DNA of 64,000 nucleotides from Acutalibacteraceae bacterium (GCA_045599985.1 JAZRWZ010000166.1:2369-66368), one strand, 5' to 3'. Positions 47,213 to 58,435 are shown, counted from the stretch's first letter. Program-made: numbers and translations. Notes: a model not told the origin generated them from the letters alone.

Positions 47213-47974
47213 ATGAAATACGGATTCACCACCACCTCCTTCCGCCAGATAAGAGAGCTTGAAAAAATCGTGGATATTGCCGTGAAAGCCAACGCCGATA
47301 TCATCGAGTGGGGCGGCGACCGCCATGTAACGGATTTATCCGCCGCCAAACGGGCCAAGTCCCTTTGTGACGGGGCGGGCATTGCCGTTTCCTCCTACGG
47401 CAGCTATTACCGCGTGGGCAGCGGCAATCACGACCAATGGCAGCGCATCTGCGAAATGGCGGCAGCCATGAACTGTGAATCGGTGCGGGTTTGGCCCGGC
47501 ACCGCCGACAGCCAGAAGACCGATGAAGCGCAGTACCGCAGAATTCTGGAGGATACCGTATTCATGTGCGAAACCGCCAAGCCTCTGGGCCTGCAGGTGT
47601 GCCCCGAATGCCACGACAAAACCTTCAACAACAACACCGATGCCTTCCTCAGAATTTACCGGGAGGCGGGCTGCGACAACCTGAAAACCTATTTCCAGTC
47701 CCGCTACCGCAAAAAGGCCTATGACCTTGACCGCATTGAGCGCACCCTGCCCCACATTGCCAATGTGCACATCTCCTTCTCCGAGCAGACCCGCGAGCAG
47801 TTCCCCCGCTTTGACAAAACATACATTGATGCCCTGATTCAAAAGCTGGTTGCCTCGGGATATGACGGCAACATGCTGCTGGAATACACCTATCTGTTCA
47901 GCTACGCGGGCATTCCCGCCATGATGATAAAGGATTTGAACAAACTGCGTGAAAAGGTGAGGGAAGCGAAATGA
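47213..47974 (+). CDS. xylose-isomerase-like TIM barrel protein
   Basis: IEWGGD.H, SYGSYY, VRVW, ECH and HIS motifs. Confidence 0.75.
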   Translation: MKYGFTTTSFRQIRELEKIVDIAVKANADIIEWGGDRHVTDLSAAKRAKSLCDGAGIAVSSYGSYYRVGSGNHDQWQRICEMAAAMNCESVRVWPGTADSQKTDEAQYRRILEDTVFMCETAKPLGLQVCPECHDKTFNNNTDAFLRIYREAGCDNLKTYFQSRYRKKAYDLDRIERTLPHIANVHISFSEQTREQFPRFDKTYIDALIQKLVASGYDGNMLLEYTYLFSYAGIPAMMIKDLNKLREKVREAK

Positions 47975-48966
47975 AGATAGCCCTGTTCGGCAGCAATCAG
48001 CTGCAATTCTCCAAGGTATACACGCAGGAGGTGCTGGCCAAACTGGCTGAAAACAATCAGCTCTCCTGCCGTATCAATAAAAAGAACATAGAGGCCAACA
48101 AAGATTTTCTGAAAGACTGCGAAATCGGCTTTGCCACCTGGGGTATGCCCCGGTTCACCAAAGAGGAAATCGCCGCCTATATGCCGAAAATGAAGGTTCT
48201 GTTTTATGCCGCGGGCACCGTGCAGTATTTCGCCCGCCCGTTTCTGGAAAGCGGCGTGCGGATTTTCAGCGCCTACGCCGCCAACGCCGTGCCCGTAACG
48301 GAATACACCTTTGCCCAGATTTCCTTAGCCGCCAAGGGATATTTTCAGGCCTCCAAGCACTACCGCCTGCTGCCCCTTTACTCCCTTGCCCACGCCAATT
48401 CCTCCACCGGGCTTTACCGCTGCAGGGTGGGGCTTGTGGGGCTGGGTGCCATCGGGCAATCCGTGGCCGAAAAGCTCAAGGCGCTGGATGTGGATGTGCT
48501 GGCCTGCGACCCCTTTGTGAGTCCCGAGCGGGCCGAGGCCCTGAATGTGACGCTGGTGGATATGGAAACCCTGTTCAGCGAATGCGACGTTATCAGCAAC
48601 CACCTTGCCAACAAGGCGGAGCTTAAGAATATATTCAACTATGCTCTGTTCAAACGGATGAAGAAGCATTCCGTTTTCATCAACACCGGCCGCGGGGCGC
48701 AGGTTTCGGAATACGGCCTTGCTTTATCCCTGCTGCTGCACCCCTCCCGCACGGCGGTGTGCGATGTGCTGAAGCGTGAATTCATTCCCTACATCAATCC
48801 TTTGTTCTGGTGCCCCAACGCCGTCATCACCCCCCACATTGCCGGCAGCACGGGCCGTGAGCCCCAGCGCATGGCCTACTATATGATGGAGGAGATGGAA
48901 CGGTACCTGACAGGGGAACCCGTCAGATATGAAGTGACCCTCGCCGCCCTTGAAAAGATGGCATAA
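47971..48966 (+). CDS. D-isomer-specific 2-hydroxyacid dehydrogenase family
   Basis: NAVPVTE, GLVGLGAIG, FINTGRG and TPHIAGS motifs. Confidence 0.85.
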   Translation: MKIALFGSNQLQFSKVYTQEVLAKLAENNQLSCRINKKNIEANKDFLKDCEIGFATWGMPRFTKEEIAAYMPKMKVLFYAAGTVQYFARPFLESGVRIFSAYAANAVPVTEYTFAQISLAAKGYFQASKHYRLLPLYSLAHANSSTGLYRCRVGLVGLGAIGQSVAEKLKALDVDVLACDPFVSPERAEALNVTLVDMETLFSECDVISNHLANKAELKNIFNYALFKRMKKHSVFINTGRGAQVSEYGLALSLLLHPSRTAVCDVLKREFIPYINPLFWCPNAVITPHIAGSTGREPQRMAYYMMEEMERYLTGEPVRYEVTLAALEKMA

Positions 48967-49002
48967 GACAAAGCCTTTTGCCGAAAAAAGGAGAGAGAAA
49001 AT

Positions 49003-50592
49003 ATGCAAAACCTGCTGCAGAAAGCCAAAGGCGCCGTTCTTTCCTACCGCAATGACGGCACCGACCCCCGCAAAAATGACGCGTGGCGTGTGCTGCTGTT
49101 CTCGCTGAACTATGCCGGAGCCTCCGCCATCACCATCATGACGGGCAAGCTGCCCTATTTTACCCAGAATGTTGTGCTGCTGGGCACCTTTTTTGCCCTG
49201 ATTACCATGCCCGCCCGTATTCTGGATGCCATTACCGACCCCCTCATTGCCAACCGGTTTGATAAATACACAAAAGACGGCAAATTCCGCAAATTCATGA
49301 TTACCGGCGCTCTGCTTTCCGCCGCACCCGCCCTGATTGTCTTCTTTTACCCCGTTGTGTACGATGCCGAGTTGAACCCCACCGGGCCCCATATTCCCGC
49401 ATGGGTCTCCTTTTTGATTTTCTGCCTGTGCAATGCCGTTATTGTTGTGGGCAACACCATTGTGATGACCGCCACCCGCGCGGGGCAGGCCATCATCACC
49501 CAGGACCCGAAGCAGCGCCCGCTGTACGCGCTGGGTCAGACCGTATCCGATGCCATTGTTTCCGCCTTTGTTTCCCTTGTGGTTACCAGCAACCTTTTCG
49601 GCAGCATGCAGGAAACCTTTGTGTGGCGTGTTTCCATTGTGGTGATGTCCGTGGTTTCCGTGCTGTGTGTCATGGGCGGCGCCAAGGCCATCAGCAACCG
49701 CGACAACGCCACCTACTACAACATGGCGGGCAAGCGGGAGGAGACAAAAATTACCGAGTTTTTCAGCCTGATTCACCGCAGCAAGCCCATCCGCAGCCTG
49801 CTGTGGGCCACCTGCTCGGATGCCATTGCCAAATCCGTGCGGGCCAGCCTTTCCATCTATCTGTTTGCCAATGTCATCATGAACCGGGGTCTGACCTCCG
49901 CCTTTGATATTCTCAACGGCGTGGTGCTGGGCGCTCCGGTGCTTGTCATCGGCATGTTCTTTGCCTCCAAAAAAGGCTCTGCCAAAGTATACCACAAGGT
50001 ATCCTTAATTCAGACGCTGGTAGCCTTCGCGGGCTTCCTTGTTACCGTTATCTTCCTGCCCGACAACCCCGATTATCAGTATAAGGGCATCACCTTCTCC
50101 GTCATTCTGGTGATTCTCTGCTTCGGCTTCTACATGAGCACCCTCGGCATCTCCACCAATCTGGAAAACGCCATGGTGGGCGACCTTGCCGATTACGAAT
50201 ATCTGCAAAGCGGCAAATTCATCCCCGGCACCATCGGTGCCGCCATCACCTTTGTCAACAAGCTGGCCTCCAGTGTCATGAGCCTGATTACCGTGGCCAT
50301 CATGGCCTTCTGCGGCTTCGCGGGCAGCGGCGCCGCCTCTCAGGTGCCCGAAAACGTGTATGTCAACAGCCGCTTCTACTACTGTGTGCTGATTGCCGTA
50401 TTCATTCTGCCCGCTCTGGGCCACCTGACCACCTTCATCGCCATGCGTAAATACCCCCTGACCGATGAGGTGATGCAGGATGTATCCATCCGCATTGCCA
50501 AGGAGAGAGGCCTGCTTGCGGAGAACGGCGAAAACGCCGAAGCACCTGCAGCCGATGCCGCAGCCGAAAAAGACAGCGGGGTGGAACAATGA
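49003..50592 (+). CDS. MFS transporter, GPH/MFS_2 family
   Basis: DAITDP, GKFR, DLADYEY motifs; about 12 TM. Confidence 0.82.
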   Translation: MQNLLQKAKGAVLSYRNDGTDPRKNDAWRVLLFSLNYAGASAITIMTGKLPYFTQNVVLLGTFFALITMPARILDAITDPLIANRFDKYTKDGKFRKFMITGALLSAAPALIVFFYPVVYDAELNPTGPHIPAWVSFLIFCLCNAVIVVGNTIVMTATRAGQAIITQDPKQRPLYALGQTVSDAIVSAFVSLVVTSNLFGSMQETFVWRVSIVVMSVVSVLCVMGGAKAISNRDNATYYNMAGKREETKITEFFSLIHRSKPIRSLLWATCSDAIAKSVRASLSIYLFANVIMNRGLTSAFDILNGVVLGAPVLVIGMFFASKKGSAKVYHKVSLIQTLVAFAGFLVTVIFLPDNPDYQYKGITFSVILVILCFGFYMSTLGISTNLENAMVGDLADYEYLQSGKFIPGTIGAAITFVNKLASSVMSLITVAIMAFCGFAGSGAASQVPENVYVNSRFYYCVLIAVFILPALGHLTTFIAMRKYPLTDEVMQDVSIRIAKERGLLAENGENAEAPAADAAAEKDSGVEQ

Positions 50593-52688
50593 AAAAAAGG
50601 AACTTACTGCTGATTCCGCCTTTGGCGGTGCTGGCGGGTACGGCGATTGAGGCCGCTGTGCAGATTGCAAAAAAGCCGGCGCAGGAGCTGCCGGACGATA
50701 AGGATTTTGACTACTATTCCTCCGATTCCGAGGGCCGGAAGTTCGAGGATTTATATCTGTTCCTCACGGGGAAAAGCACCGAAACCTTCACCGAGCAGGA
50801 AGCCTACAATATGCTGTTTGTGCAGGCCGATTACATGGGCCACCGCTTTGACTGCTCCGATTTCAGGGCGCAGATGCTTTTCAAAATCTACAAGGATTGC
50901 GGCGATAAGCTCAGCCGGCGGTGCCGCACCCTGATTCGTGACACCTTTCTCGGGTTCAAATACTTTATGGACGAGCCCGGGGATGACAGCATGTGCTACT
51001 GGTCGGAGAATCATCAGCTTCTGTTTGCCGTGAGCGAATATCTGGCAGGGCAGGAGTGGCCGGATGCCGTATTCTCCAACAGCGGCATGACGGGAAACGC
51101 CCACCGGGAAAAAGCCCTTGTGCGCATCCGGGCATGGATGGAGCAGCGCTTTTTATACGGCTTTTCCGAATACCTGAGCAACAACTATCTGGCCGAGGAT
51201 ATTGCCCCCATGGCCAACTTCATTGCCTACGCCCACAGCCCCCGGGATGTGGAAAACATGAAAACCGTAATGCACCTTTTGTGGCTGGATGTGGCACTCA
51301 ACAGCGTGAACAACCGCTTCCTTGCCGTCAGCTCCCGCATGTACGGCAACAACAAGGCGGGCAATTATTACGGCAACAGCATTCAGGCCGCCATGAACGC
51401 CCTTTGGGGCAGGGAGGCCGCCGAAATCCTGCTGACCGCTCCCGACATTGCGGAGGATGAGAAAGAGCAGATTCGCCTTGCCCTGCAAAAACAGCCCAAC
51501 AGCATAGTCATGTGCTTTACCGATGCGGTGGAAAAAGGCCTTTATGTGCTGCCCGATGCCATAAAGAGCATCGCCTTGAGCCGCGATACCTTTGAAGTGA
51601 AGATGGGCTGCGGCCTGTCTGCCGACGACATGGCGGCGGAGGGGCTCATCGGCCAGCAGCCCCATCAGATTATGGCGCAGCTGGGAGCCGAAACCTTCAC
51701 CAATCCGCAGGTTATCAACAACACCATCCGCTACTTCAAAACCAACGGCATGTACCGCAACGCCTTTATCAATTACTTTCGCTTTCTGGATGTGTCATTC
51801 CTGCGTTTCATAGACCCTGCGGCCTTTGCCGCCTCCCACAACATCATGCCCCACGGCATTGCCACAGGCAGGGGCAACATTTACACCTACCGCACGCCCC
51901 TTTACTCCCTGTCCACAACGGTGGCCAAGCTTGTGGATATGTGCGGCGCCCAGGACCATGCCTGGTCGGCCAACATCGGGGGCAGGCTGGCCTTGTTCAC
52001 CACCCACCCCGCAGGCAACGGCCACAGCCGCTACGGCAGCTCACCGGGCTATTGGGTGGGCAACGGACGGCGGCCCATGAGCGTGCAGCACCAAAGCGTG
52101 AACCTTACCGTCTACCGCCTGCCCACCGAAAAACGGCTGGCGGAAACGGGCATTGCCGCCATGACACACATCTATATGCCCCGGGAATACTACGACGAGT
52201 TCGAGCTGTGCGGGGACTGCGTGTTTGCCCGCAAAAACGGCGTGTTTGTATTTATCCGCGCCAACGGCCCGATGACCTTCAAGCCCTACGACCCCGAATC
52301 CCTCAAGGGACTTTTCAGCAATCTGAGAAAAAACGCGCCGGGCAAGGAGGATGCCCCCGGGCAGGAATTTGACCTTTGCCGCTTCGGCGGGGATTATCAT
52401 ATGTATATCACCGAGCTCTCCGACATTTCGCGGGAGAGCTATGAGGAATTCAAGGAAAGAGTGCGCGCCAACAAAGCCGAATTCCGGGGCGACAGCGTAA
52501 CCTACACCACCGGCTTCGGCGAAATAGCCGCCTCATACAGCGGCACATTCACGGTGAACGGCACCCCGCAAAAAACGGAATTTGACCGCTATGATTGCCC
52601 CTTCTGCCATGCCGAACGCAAGGCGGAGAGCATCACCGTAAACTGCCAAGGCAGCACCCTGACCTTAAAACTGCTTGAAAACGACTGA
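50589..52688 (+). CDS. hypothetical protein (699 aa) with an N-terminal signal/anchor
   Basis: ATGA overlap with the MFS gene; conserved-looking YWSENH, GFSEYLS and HAWSAN segments; family not recognised. Confidence 0.7.
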   Translation: MKKRNLLLIPPLAVLAGTAIEAAVQIAKKPAQELPDDKDFDYYSSDSEGRKFEDLYLFLTGKSTETFTEQEAYNMLFVQADYMGHRFDCSDFRAQMLFKIYKDCGDKLSRRCRTLIRDTFLGFKYFMDEPGDDSMCYWSENHQLLFAVSEYLAGQEWPDAVFSNSGMTGNAHREKALVRIRAWMEQRFLYGFSEYLSNNYLAEDIAPMANFIAYAHSPRDVENMKTVMHLLWLDVALNSVNNRFLAVSSRMYGNNKAGNYYGNSIQAAMNALWGREAAEILLTAPDIAEDEKEQIRLALQKQPNSIVMCFTDAVEKGLYVLPDAIKSIALSRDTFEVKMGCGLSADDMAAEGLIGQQPHQIMAQLGAETFTNPQVINNTIRYFKTNGMYRNAFINYFRFLDVSFLRFIDPAAFAASHNIMPHGIATGRGNIYTYRTPLYSLSTTVAKLVDMCGAQDHAWSANIGGRLALFTTHPAGNGHSRYGSSPGYWVGNGRRPMSVQHQSVNLTVYRLPTEKRLAETGIAAMTHIYMPREYYDEFELCGDCVFARKNGVFVFIRANGPMTFKPYDPESLKGLFSNLRKNAPGKEDAPGQEFDLCRFGGDYHMYITELSDISRESYEEFKERVRANKAEFRGDSVTYTTGFGEIAASYSGTFTVNGTPQKTEFDRYDCPFCHAERKAESITVNCQGSTLTLKLLEND

Positions 52689-52742
52689 TAACGAAAAACC
52701 GGCAGAGCTTTGCGAAGGCACCCCTGCCCGAGGAGATTTCTT

Positions 52743-55232
52743 ATGGATACCAGAATACACATCGGCTACGGCTTTCATGTGAATTGCTACCACTCCTACC
52801 GCGGCGATACCGCCGACGGGGCCGGGTTCGGCTCCGACCTGCGCATCATCCGCAAAATCGCGGATACCCTCACCGCCCTGAATGAGGAGGGCATCCCCGT
52901 AAAGGGAACATGGGACTGCGAAAACTTTTTCTCGCTGGAAAAGATATTGCCCGCCTACGCCCCCGATATTATCGAAAAGATGCAGGAACGGGTGAAAAAA
53001 TACGGGGATGAGCAAATCATCATGGGTTATTCCAACGGCGCCCTTTCCGCCATGAATGAGGCGGAGTTTGAGGCCTCCATTGAGAAAGCCGTTACCAACC
53101 CCCAAGGCTCCGGGCTTCAGGATTTGTTTGGTCAATACGAAAAAATCGTGCGCCCGCAGGAGATGATGTTTACCCCCTCACAGGTTTCCCTCTACAACAA
53201 GCTGGGGGTCAAGGCGGTTTGCCTCTACTATTCCTGCGTGCCCTTTGATGCCTTCCGCACACTGGTGTCCCCCCTCCCCGACGAGCAGGCGTTCAATCCC
53301 CTTACTTACACCTACAAGGGCGAAAGCATCACCGTTATGCCCACCTACAGCAACTCCGATGTGTGCGACGCGGGCTGCCTGCGCGCATGGGTCAAGGAGC
53401 TGCGCCAAAAGCAGTTATCCGGCGAAATCAAAACCGATTTGTTCATCTTCATCAATATGGATGCGGATGCCATCTTCTGGGAGAGCATGGATTTGCCCGT
53501 TATCGGCAGCCGCCTTGCCAACACAGACGGCATTCACGGGCTGGTGAAGGAGGTGGCCGACCTTGACTATGTGGTGTTTGACACCGTGGGCGGCTACCTG
53601 AAAAATCACAGCCCTCTGGGCACCGTCACCTTTACACAGGATACGGCGGACGGCAACTTCACCGGCTACGCCTCCTGGAGTGAAAAGCCCTATAACCGCA
53701 AAATCTGGACGGCCATTGAGCGGGCCCGTGCCATGGCAAAGGTGAATGCCGATAAGGACGAGGCCTCTCCCTCCTTTGATAACCGTGTGCTGCTGCTCTC
53801 CACCACCCATTTCGGTCTGGCGACCCCCGTTCTGAACATTCAGCGGGAGAAAAAGGCGGACGAATTGGCCGAAGCCATCATTCAAAGCGAAGCCGCCGCC
53901 CTGCCCGAAACTAAAAAAATCACGGTGCACAACATCAACGGCACCGCCCTGCAATGCGTGCAGTTTAAGGTCAACGGCGCTTTGGAGGATATCTCCCGCC
54001 TGCGCATTACGGGCAGCGATTTGCTGGGCTACACCGCCGTGGCCGGGGATGACAAAAACAACACCGTATTTGCCGTAATGAAGTTCGGCAAGGTGAAAAA
54101 ACAATACACCGTTTCGGCGGAGCTGGGCGAGCCGAAAACACCCGCCCGCCTTGATACCCTGAAAACCCCGGGGTTGGAGGTCAGATTCACCCCCAACGGC
54201 CGCATCGGCGGCGTTTACTGCCGGGGTACAAAAATCGGCGGCTTTGATTTTTGGGACAGCTTCATCACCTATGACGGTGTTCGCTATCCCTTCCGCCCCA
54301 CCGAAATCACGCCCCTTGCCGTGGCGGGGCAGGGCGAGGGCCTTCGCCTGACGGGAGAAATGCACCTGCCCAATGAACTGAAGGGCGGCAGGTTCTGCTT
54401 TGATTTCTTCACCTGCGAATACAGCGATGCGGTATTTGTGCGCACCGCCGTGCACTACCCCCACACCGCCGAAACCGACTCCATCTCCACGGAGAATTCC
54501 ACTTTGGGCCGCTACAGCGATATGAAGTGGCAGGAGGCGGCCATGCTCCGCATTACCCCCGCCCTGCAGGGCGACCTGCGTGTGGTGAAGCGCAACTTCA
54601 TGGGGGATATTTCCTCCTTCCGCACCGCCGCCTTCGGGGAGTGCGACAAGGCCAACCGTCAGTTGGATTCCTTTAACCATCAGCTCACCGCCGGTATGGT
54701 GGGCTTAAGCGGCAGCACCCACACCCTGATTGCGGCAAATTCCCGGCAGATGCTGTCCTCCATGGCCCACTGCCCCATGCAGTTGGATGAAAGCGGCCGT
54801 GTGCACATGAATTTCTTCGGCACCTATTACGGCAGCCAGCGTCACCACTGGTCACGGGCCGGGGGCGAAATACTGGATACTTATACACTGGTAACCCCTC
54901 AGGGCAAATCCATTGCCCCCGCCTACAACGGCAACAGCGAAAACGCCGTGCTGGCTCTGTTTGCCTTCCCCAAGGGGGAGGTTGACGAGGCAGATTTGAA
55001 GGAGGCCGCCGCCTTTGCGGACGGTGCCGTGGTCACCGCCCCTGCCGATGCCCTTCTGCAGCCTTATTACGGAGATAATGTAGCCTTCAAGGAAACCCGG
55101 GCACAGGACTTTGCCGACACCAAGCTGATGAATCCCGTGCTCAACGGCATCCGGGGCCATATCGGCCAATACATCACCCGGGGCAGTAAGGCGATTATTC
55201 ATATTCTCAAAGCGCAGATTCAATCCAAATAA
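52743..55232 (+). CDS. GH38/GH57-like N-terminal barrel protein (829 aa)
   Basis: His-rich N-terminal strand GFHVNCYH, RPQEMM and NMDAD segments followed by beta-rich domains; family is an inference. Confidence 0.55.
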   Translation: MDTRIHIGYGFHVNCYHSYRGDTADGAGFGSDLRIIRKIADTLTALNEEGIPVKGTWDCENFFSLEKILPAYAPDIIEKMQERVKKYGDEQIIMGYSNGALSAMNEAEFEASIEKAVTNPQGSGLQDLFGQYEKIVRPQEMMFTPSQVSLYNKLGVKAVCLYYSCVPFDAFRTLVSPLPDEQAFNPLTYTYKGESITVMPTYSNSDVCDAGCLRAWVKELRQKQLSGEIKTDLFIFINMDADAIFWESMDLPVIGSRLANTDGIHGLVKEVADLDYVVFDTVGGYLKNHSPLGTVTFTQDTADGNFTGYASWSEKPYNRKIWTAIERARAMAKVNADKDEASPSFDNRVLLLSTTHFGLATPVLNIQREKKADELAEAIIQSEAAALPETKKITVHNINGTALQCVQFKVNGALEDISRLRITGSDLLGYTAVAGDDKNNTVFAVMKFGKVKKQYTVSAELGEPKTPARLDTLKTPGLEVRFTPNGRIGGVYCRGTKIGGFDFWDSFITYDGVRYPFRPTEITPLAVAGQGEGLRLTGEMHLPNELKGGRFCFDFFTCEYSDAVFVRTAVHYPHTAETDSISTENSTLGRYSDMKWQEAAMLRITPALQGDLRVVKRNFMGDISSFRTAAFGECDKANRQLDSFNHQLTAGMVGLSGSTHTLIAANSRQMLSSMAHCPMQLDESGRVHMNFFGTYYGSQRHHWSRAGGEILDTYTLVTPQGKSIAPAYNGNSENAVLALFAFPKGEVDEADLKEAAAFADGAVVTAPADALLQPYYGDNVAFKETRAQDFADTKLMNPVLNGIRGHIGQYITRGSKAIIHILKAQIQSK

Positions 55233-55246
55233 ACGAGGTACCTGCT

Positions 55247-57157
55247 ATGGAAATCAAAAAAATACTGATTGTGTTCAAAACCCATCTGGACATCGGTTTT
55301 ACCGATTTTGCCGGGGCCGTCAAAGAGAAATACATGCGTGAATTCATCCCCAACGCCATCAAGGTATCCCGCGAGCTGGATGAACGCGGCGGCGAGGCCC
55401 GCTTCAAATGGACTACGGGCTCCTGGCTGATTTACGAATATCTGAAACAGGCCGATGACGCTCAGCGGGAGGCGCTGGAGGAGGCCATCCGCAGGGGCAA
55501 CATCTGCTGGCACGGCCTGCCCTGCACCACGCACACCGAATTCATGACCAAAGAGCTGTTCCAATACGGCCTTTCCCTCAGCGGGCGGCTGGATGCCCGT
55601 TTCGGCAAAAAGACCATTGCCGCCAAAATGACCGATGTGCCCGGCCACACCAAGGCCATCATCCCTCTGCTTCGGCAGGCGGGCATCGAAATGCTGCACA
55701 TCGGCGTTAATCCCGCCTCCGCCGTGCCCGAGGTGCCGCCCATCTTCCGCTGGCAGGCCGCCGGCGGCGAGGCCGTTACCGTGATTTACAGCGGTGAGTA
55801 CGGCGAGTTCGCCCCCCTTGGCGACACGGGCGTTGCTTTGTATTTTGCCCACACCAACGACAACCTGGGCTCTCAGTCCGCCGAGGAGGTCATCGCTCTG
55901 TTTGCGGATTTGCGCCGCCGTTTCCCCAACGCCGAGCTTGTCGCGTCGGATTTGAATGCCGCCGCCGAAGTGCTGCGGGAGGTGGAGGATTCCCTGCCCG
56001 TGGTAACGGAGGAAATCGGTGACAGCTGGATTCACGGCGTTGCCACCGACCCCAAAAAAGCATTCCAATTCCGCGCTTTGTCCCGGGTTTATGCCGCCCT
56101 GCCCGCAGGCGACGACAAAGAAACGCTGGGGGCAGGCCTGCTGATGATTCCCGAGCACACCTGGGGATTGGACGAAAAAACCCACCTGCACGACAACGCC
56201 CACTACGCCCGCAAGGAGTTTGAAGCCCTTCGGGGAGAGCCGAATTATCAAAAAATGGAGGCCTCCTGGGCCGAACAGCGGGATTTCATGTATCACGCCG
56301 TTTCGGGGTTGAACAAAGACCTTGCGGAAAAAACCGCCTTTTTGACGGATGAAGCTCAGCGGGAGCCGGTAAGTACCGCCGGCTGCACCCCTGCCGCACC
56401 GGGGGAAGCCCTTTACTGCGGCGGTTTTGAACTCCGCTTCAACAACCGGGGTGAAATCACCCACCTTGCCGGAAAGGGCAAGGTGATTGCCGACGAAAGC
56501 CATCGGCTCTGCACCCTGATGTATGAAAAATTCAGTTATGATAATTACATCACCTTCCACAACCGCTATCACCGCATTGAGGATGACTGGGCGTGGCAGG
56601 ATTTCACCAAAATCGGCATGGAGGAGGCCTGCGGCGACTACACCGCCTATTACCCCGAAGCAGCCGTATACCCCACGGATGACACCGTTATTGTGGATTA
56701 CACCTTCTGCGAGGAGGCCCGCACTCTTTTCGGCGCCCCCGAAAAAATGCAGCTTGTCATCAGCCCCCTTGACGGGAATCTGCTGTTTGACCTTGCCTGG
56801 TTCAACAAGCCCGCCAACCGCATGGCAGAGGCCTTCTGGTTCGGCTTTTGCCCCAAGGCCGACAATCTGCGCATCAGCAAGCTTGGCACGCTGATTGACC
56901 CGCAGCACGTGGTCAGCCGGGGCAACCGCAATCTGCACGCCACCGACAAGGGCGTGTTCTGGGACGGCCTTTCCGTTATGCCCGTGGATTCCGCTCTGGT
57001 ATCCCCTCAAAAGCCCTGCGTGCTGGATTACCCCAACACCATTCCTCCCACGGACGAGGGCGTATACTTCGGTCTCTACAACAACCTGTGGGGCACCAAC
57101 TTCCCCATGTGGTATGACGAGGATGCCCGGTTCCGTTTCTATTTACAATTAAAATAA
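55247..57157 (+). CDS. DUF5054-like, GH38-related putative glycoside hydrolase
   Basis: VFKTHLDIGFTD, WTTGSW, MTDVPGHT, EIGDSWIHG and NNLWGTNF motifs. Confidence 0.65.
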   Translation: MEIKKILIVFKTHLDIGFTDFAGAVKEKYMREFIPNAIKVSRELDERGGEARFKWTTGSWLIYEYLKQADDAQREALEEAIRRGNICWHGLPCTTHTEFMTKELFQYGLSLSGRLDARFGKKTIAAKMTDVPGHTKAIIPLLRQAGIEMLHIGVNPASAVPEVPPIFRWQAAGGEAVTVIYSGEYGEFAPLGDTGVALYFAHTNDNLGSQSAEEVIALFADLRRRFPNAELVASDLNAAAEVLREVEDSLPVVTEEIGDSWIHGVATDPKKAFQFRALSRVYAALPAGDDKETLGAGLLMIPEHTWGLDEKTHLHDNAHYARKEFEALRGEPNYQKMEASWAEQRDFMYHAVSGLNKDLAEKTAFLTDEAQREPVSTAGCTPAAPGEALYCGGFELRFNNRGEITHLAGKGKVIADESHRLCTLMYEKFSYDNYITFHNRYHRIEDDWAWQDFTKIGMEEACGDYTAYYPEAAVYPTDDTVIVDYTFCEEARTLFGAPEKMQLVISPLDGNLLFDLAWFNKPANRMAEAFWFGFCPKADNLRISKLGTLIDPQHVVSRGNRNLHATDKGVFWDGLSVMPVDSALVSPQKPCVLDYPNTIPPTDEGVYFGLYNNLWGTNFPMWYDEDARFRFYLQLK

Positions 57158-57186
57158 ATCCTATCGTTTTTGAAAGCGGTGATTGT

Positions 57187-58422
57187 TTGGAATTGAAGCA
57201 CAGGGTCACAAAAGACCGGGAGGGCACCTATTACCACATCCCCTTTGAGGTGCCCGAAAATGTTATCAAGATAACCGTTTCCTACGAATACTACCGGCCC
57301 ACCAAGGGTCTGTTCTCCGATTTGAAGCCCTCCAACTGCATTGATATCGGTCTGTCCGATGCAGAAGGCAATTTCCTCGGCTGGTCGGGCAGCGCCCACC
57401 AAAGCATATCGGTGGGGGAATATTCCTCCTCCAACGGCTACCTTTGCCGCCCCGTCACGGCGGGCACGTGGCAAATCATTGTGGGAGCCTACCATGTGCT
57501 GCAGGAGGGGGCGGAGGTCACCTACCGCATTGATTTTGAATATGCCGGGGAAAAGCTGCTGTACGGCGATTTGCACATCCATTCCGATGCCTCCGACGGC
57601 AAATTCGATGCCTTCGAGCTGGGGAAAACGGCTGTGGAAAAGGGCCTTGATTTTATTGCCCTTGCCAACCACAACAACTATGCCCTGAATTATCACCTGC
57701 CCCACATCAACGGCCTCACCTTTATCCCTGCCGTGGAGTGGACCCACTACAAGGGGCACATGAACTTTTTCGGCGCGGCAGCTCCCTTCGGCAATTCCTT
57801 TATTGCCAACAGCGCCGAGGAAATGCAGGCACTCATTGCCGAGGCGAAAAGCCGGGGCGCCGTTATCAGCGTGAATCACCCCAAATGCCGCTTCTGCCCC
57901 TATCTGTGGGAGGATGAGAACGCCTTTGACATGATGGAGATATGGAACGGCCCCATGAGTTCCTCCAACAGGGACGGCCTTGCGTGGTGGACGGCACTTT
58001 TAAAGAAAGGCCGCAAAATTCCCATTGTGGGGGGCAGCGATTACCATTCTCCCGTGGGCTTTGTCCGCATCGGCAATCCCGTAACGGCGGTTTACAGCGC
58101 CTCCCCCGGGGCGGAGGATATACTGGATGCCATTCGCCGGGGCAGAGCCTTTGTGGCCTTCGGCAAAAAAGCACCTGTTCTGGATTTGCATTACGGCACC
58201 TTCCGCATGGGTGACACCGCTCCCCTGCAGCCGGGCACACCCCTCACCGTAACCGCCGACAATCTGCAGGGCGCCCGCTTGGTGCTGGTTACCGATAAGG
58301 GGGAAACATCCGTTGCTCCCGGCCCGGTGACCCTTACCGATGAAGCCTTCGCCTACATAAAAGTTACAGGCCGTCACGGCAAGATTCTTGCCGTTTCCAA
58401 TCCCATATATTTTACAAAATGA
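57187..58422 (+). CDS. PHP-fold CehA/McbA-type metallohydrolase
   Basis: GDLHIHSDASDG, LANHN, EWT, VNHP and GGSDYH motifs. Confidence 0.75.
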   Translation: MELKHRVTKDREGTYYHIPFEVPENVIKITVSYEYYRPTKGLFSDLKPSNCIDIGLSDAEGNFLGWSGSAHQSISVGEYSSSNGYLCRPVTAGTWQIIVGAYHVLQEGAEVTYRIDFEYAGEKLLYGDLHIHSDASDGKFDAFELGKTAVEKGLDFIALANHNNYALNYHLPHINGLTFIPAVEWTHYKGHMNFFGAAAPFGNSFIANSAEEMQALIAEAKSRGAVISVNHPKCRFCPYLWEDENAFDMMEIWNGPMSSSNRDGLAWWTALLKKGRKIPIVGGSDYHSPVGFVRIGNPVTAVYSASPGAEDILDAIRRGRAFVAFGKKAPVLDLHYGTFRMGDTAPLQPGTPLTVTADNLQGARLVLVTDKGETSVAPGPVTLTDEAFAYIKVTGRHGKILAVSNPIYFTK

Positions 58423-58435
58423 AAGGATGAACACG

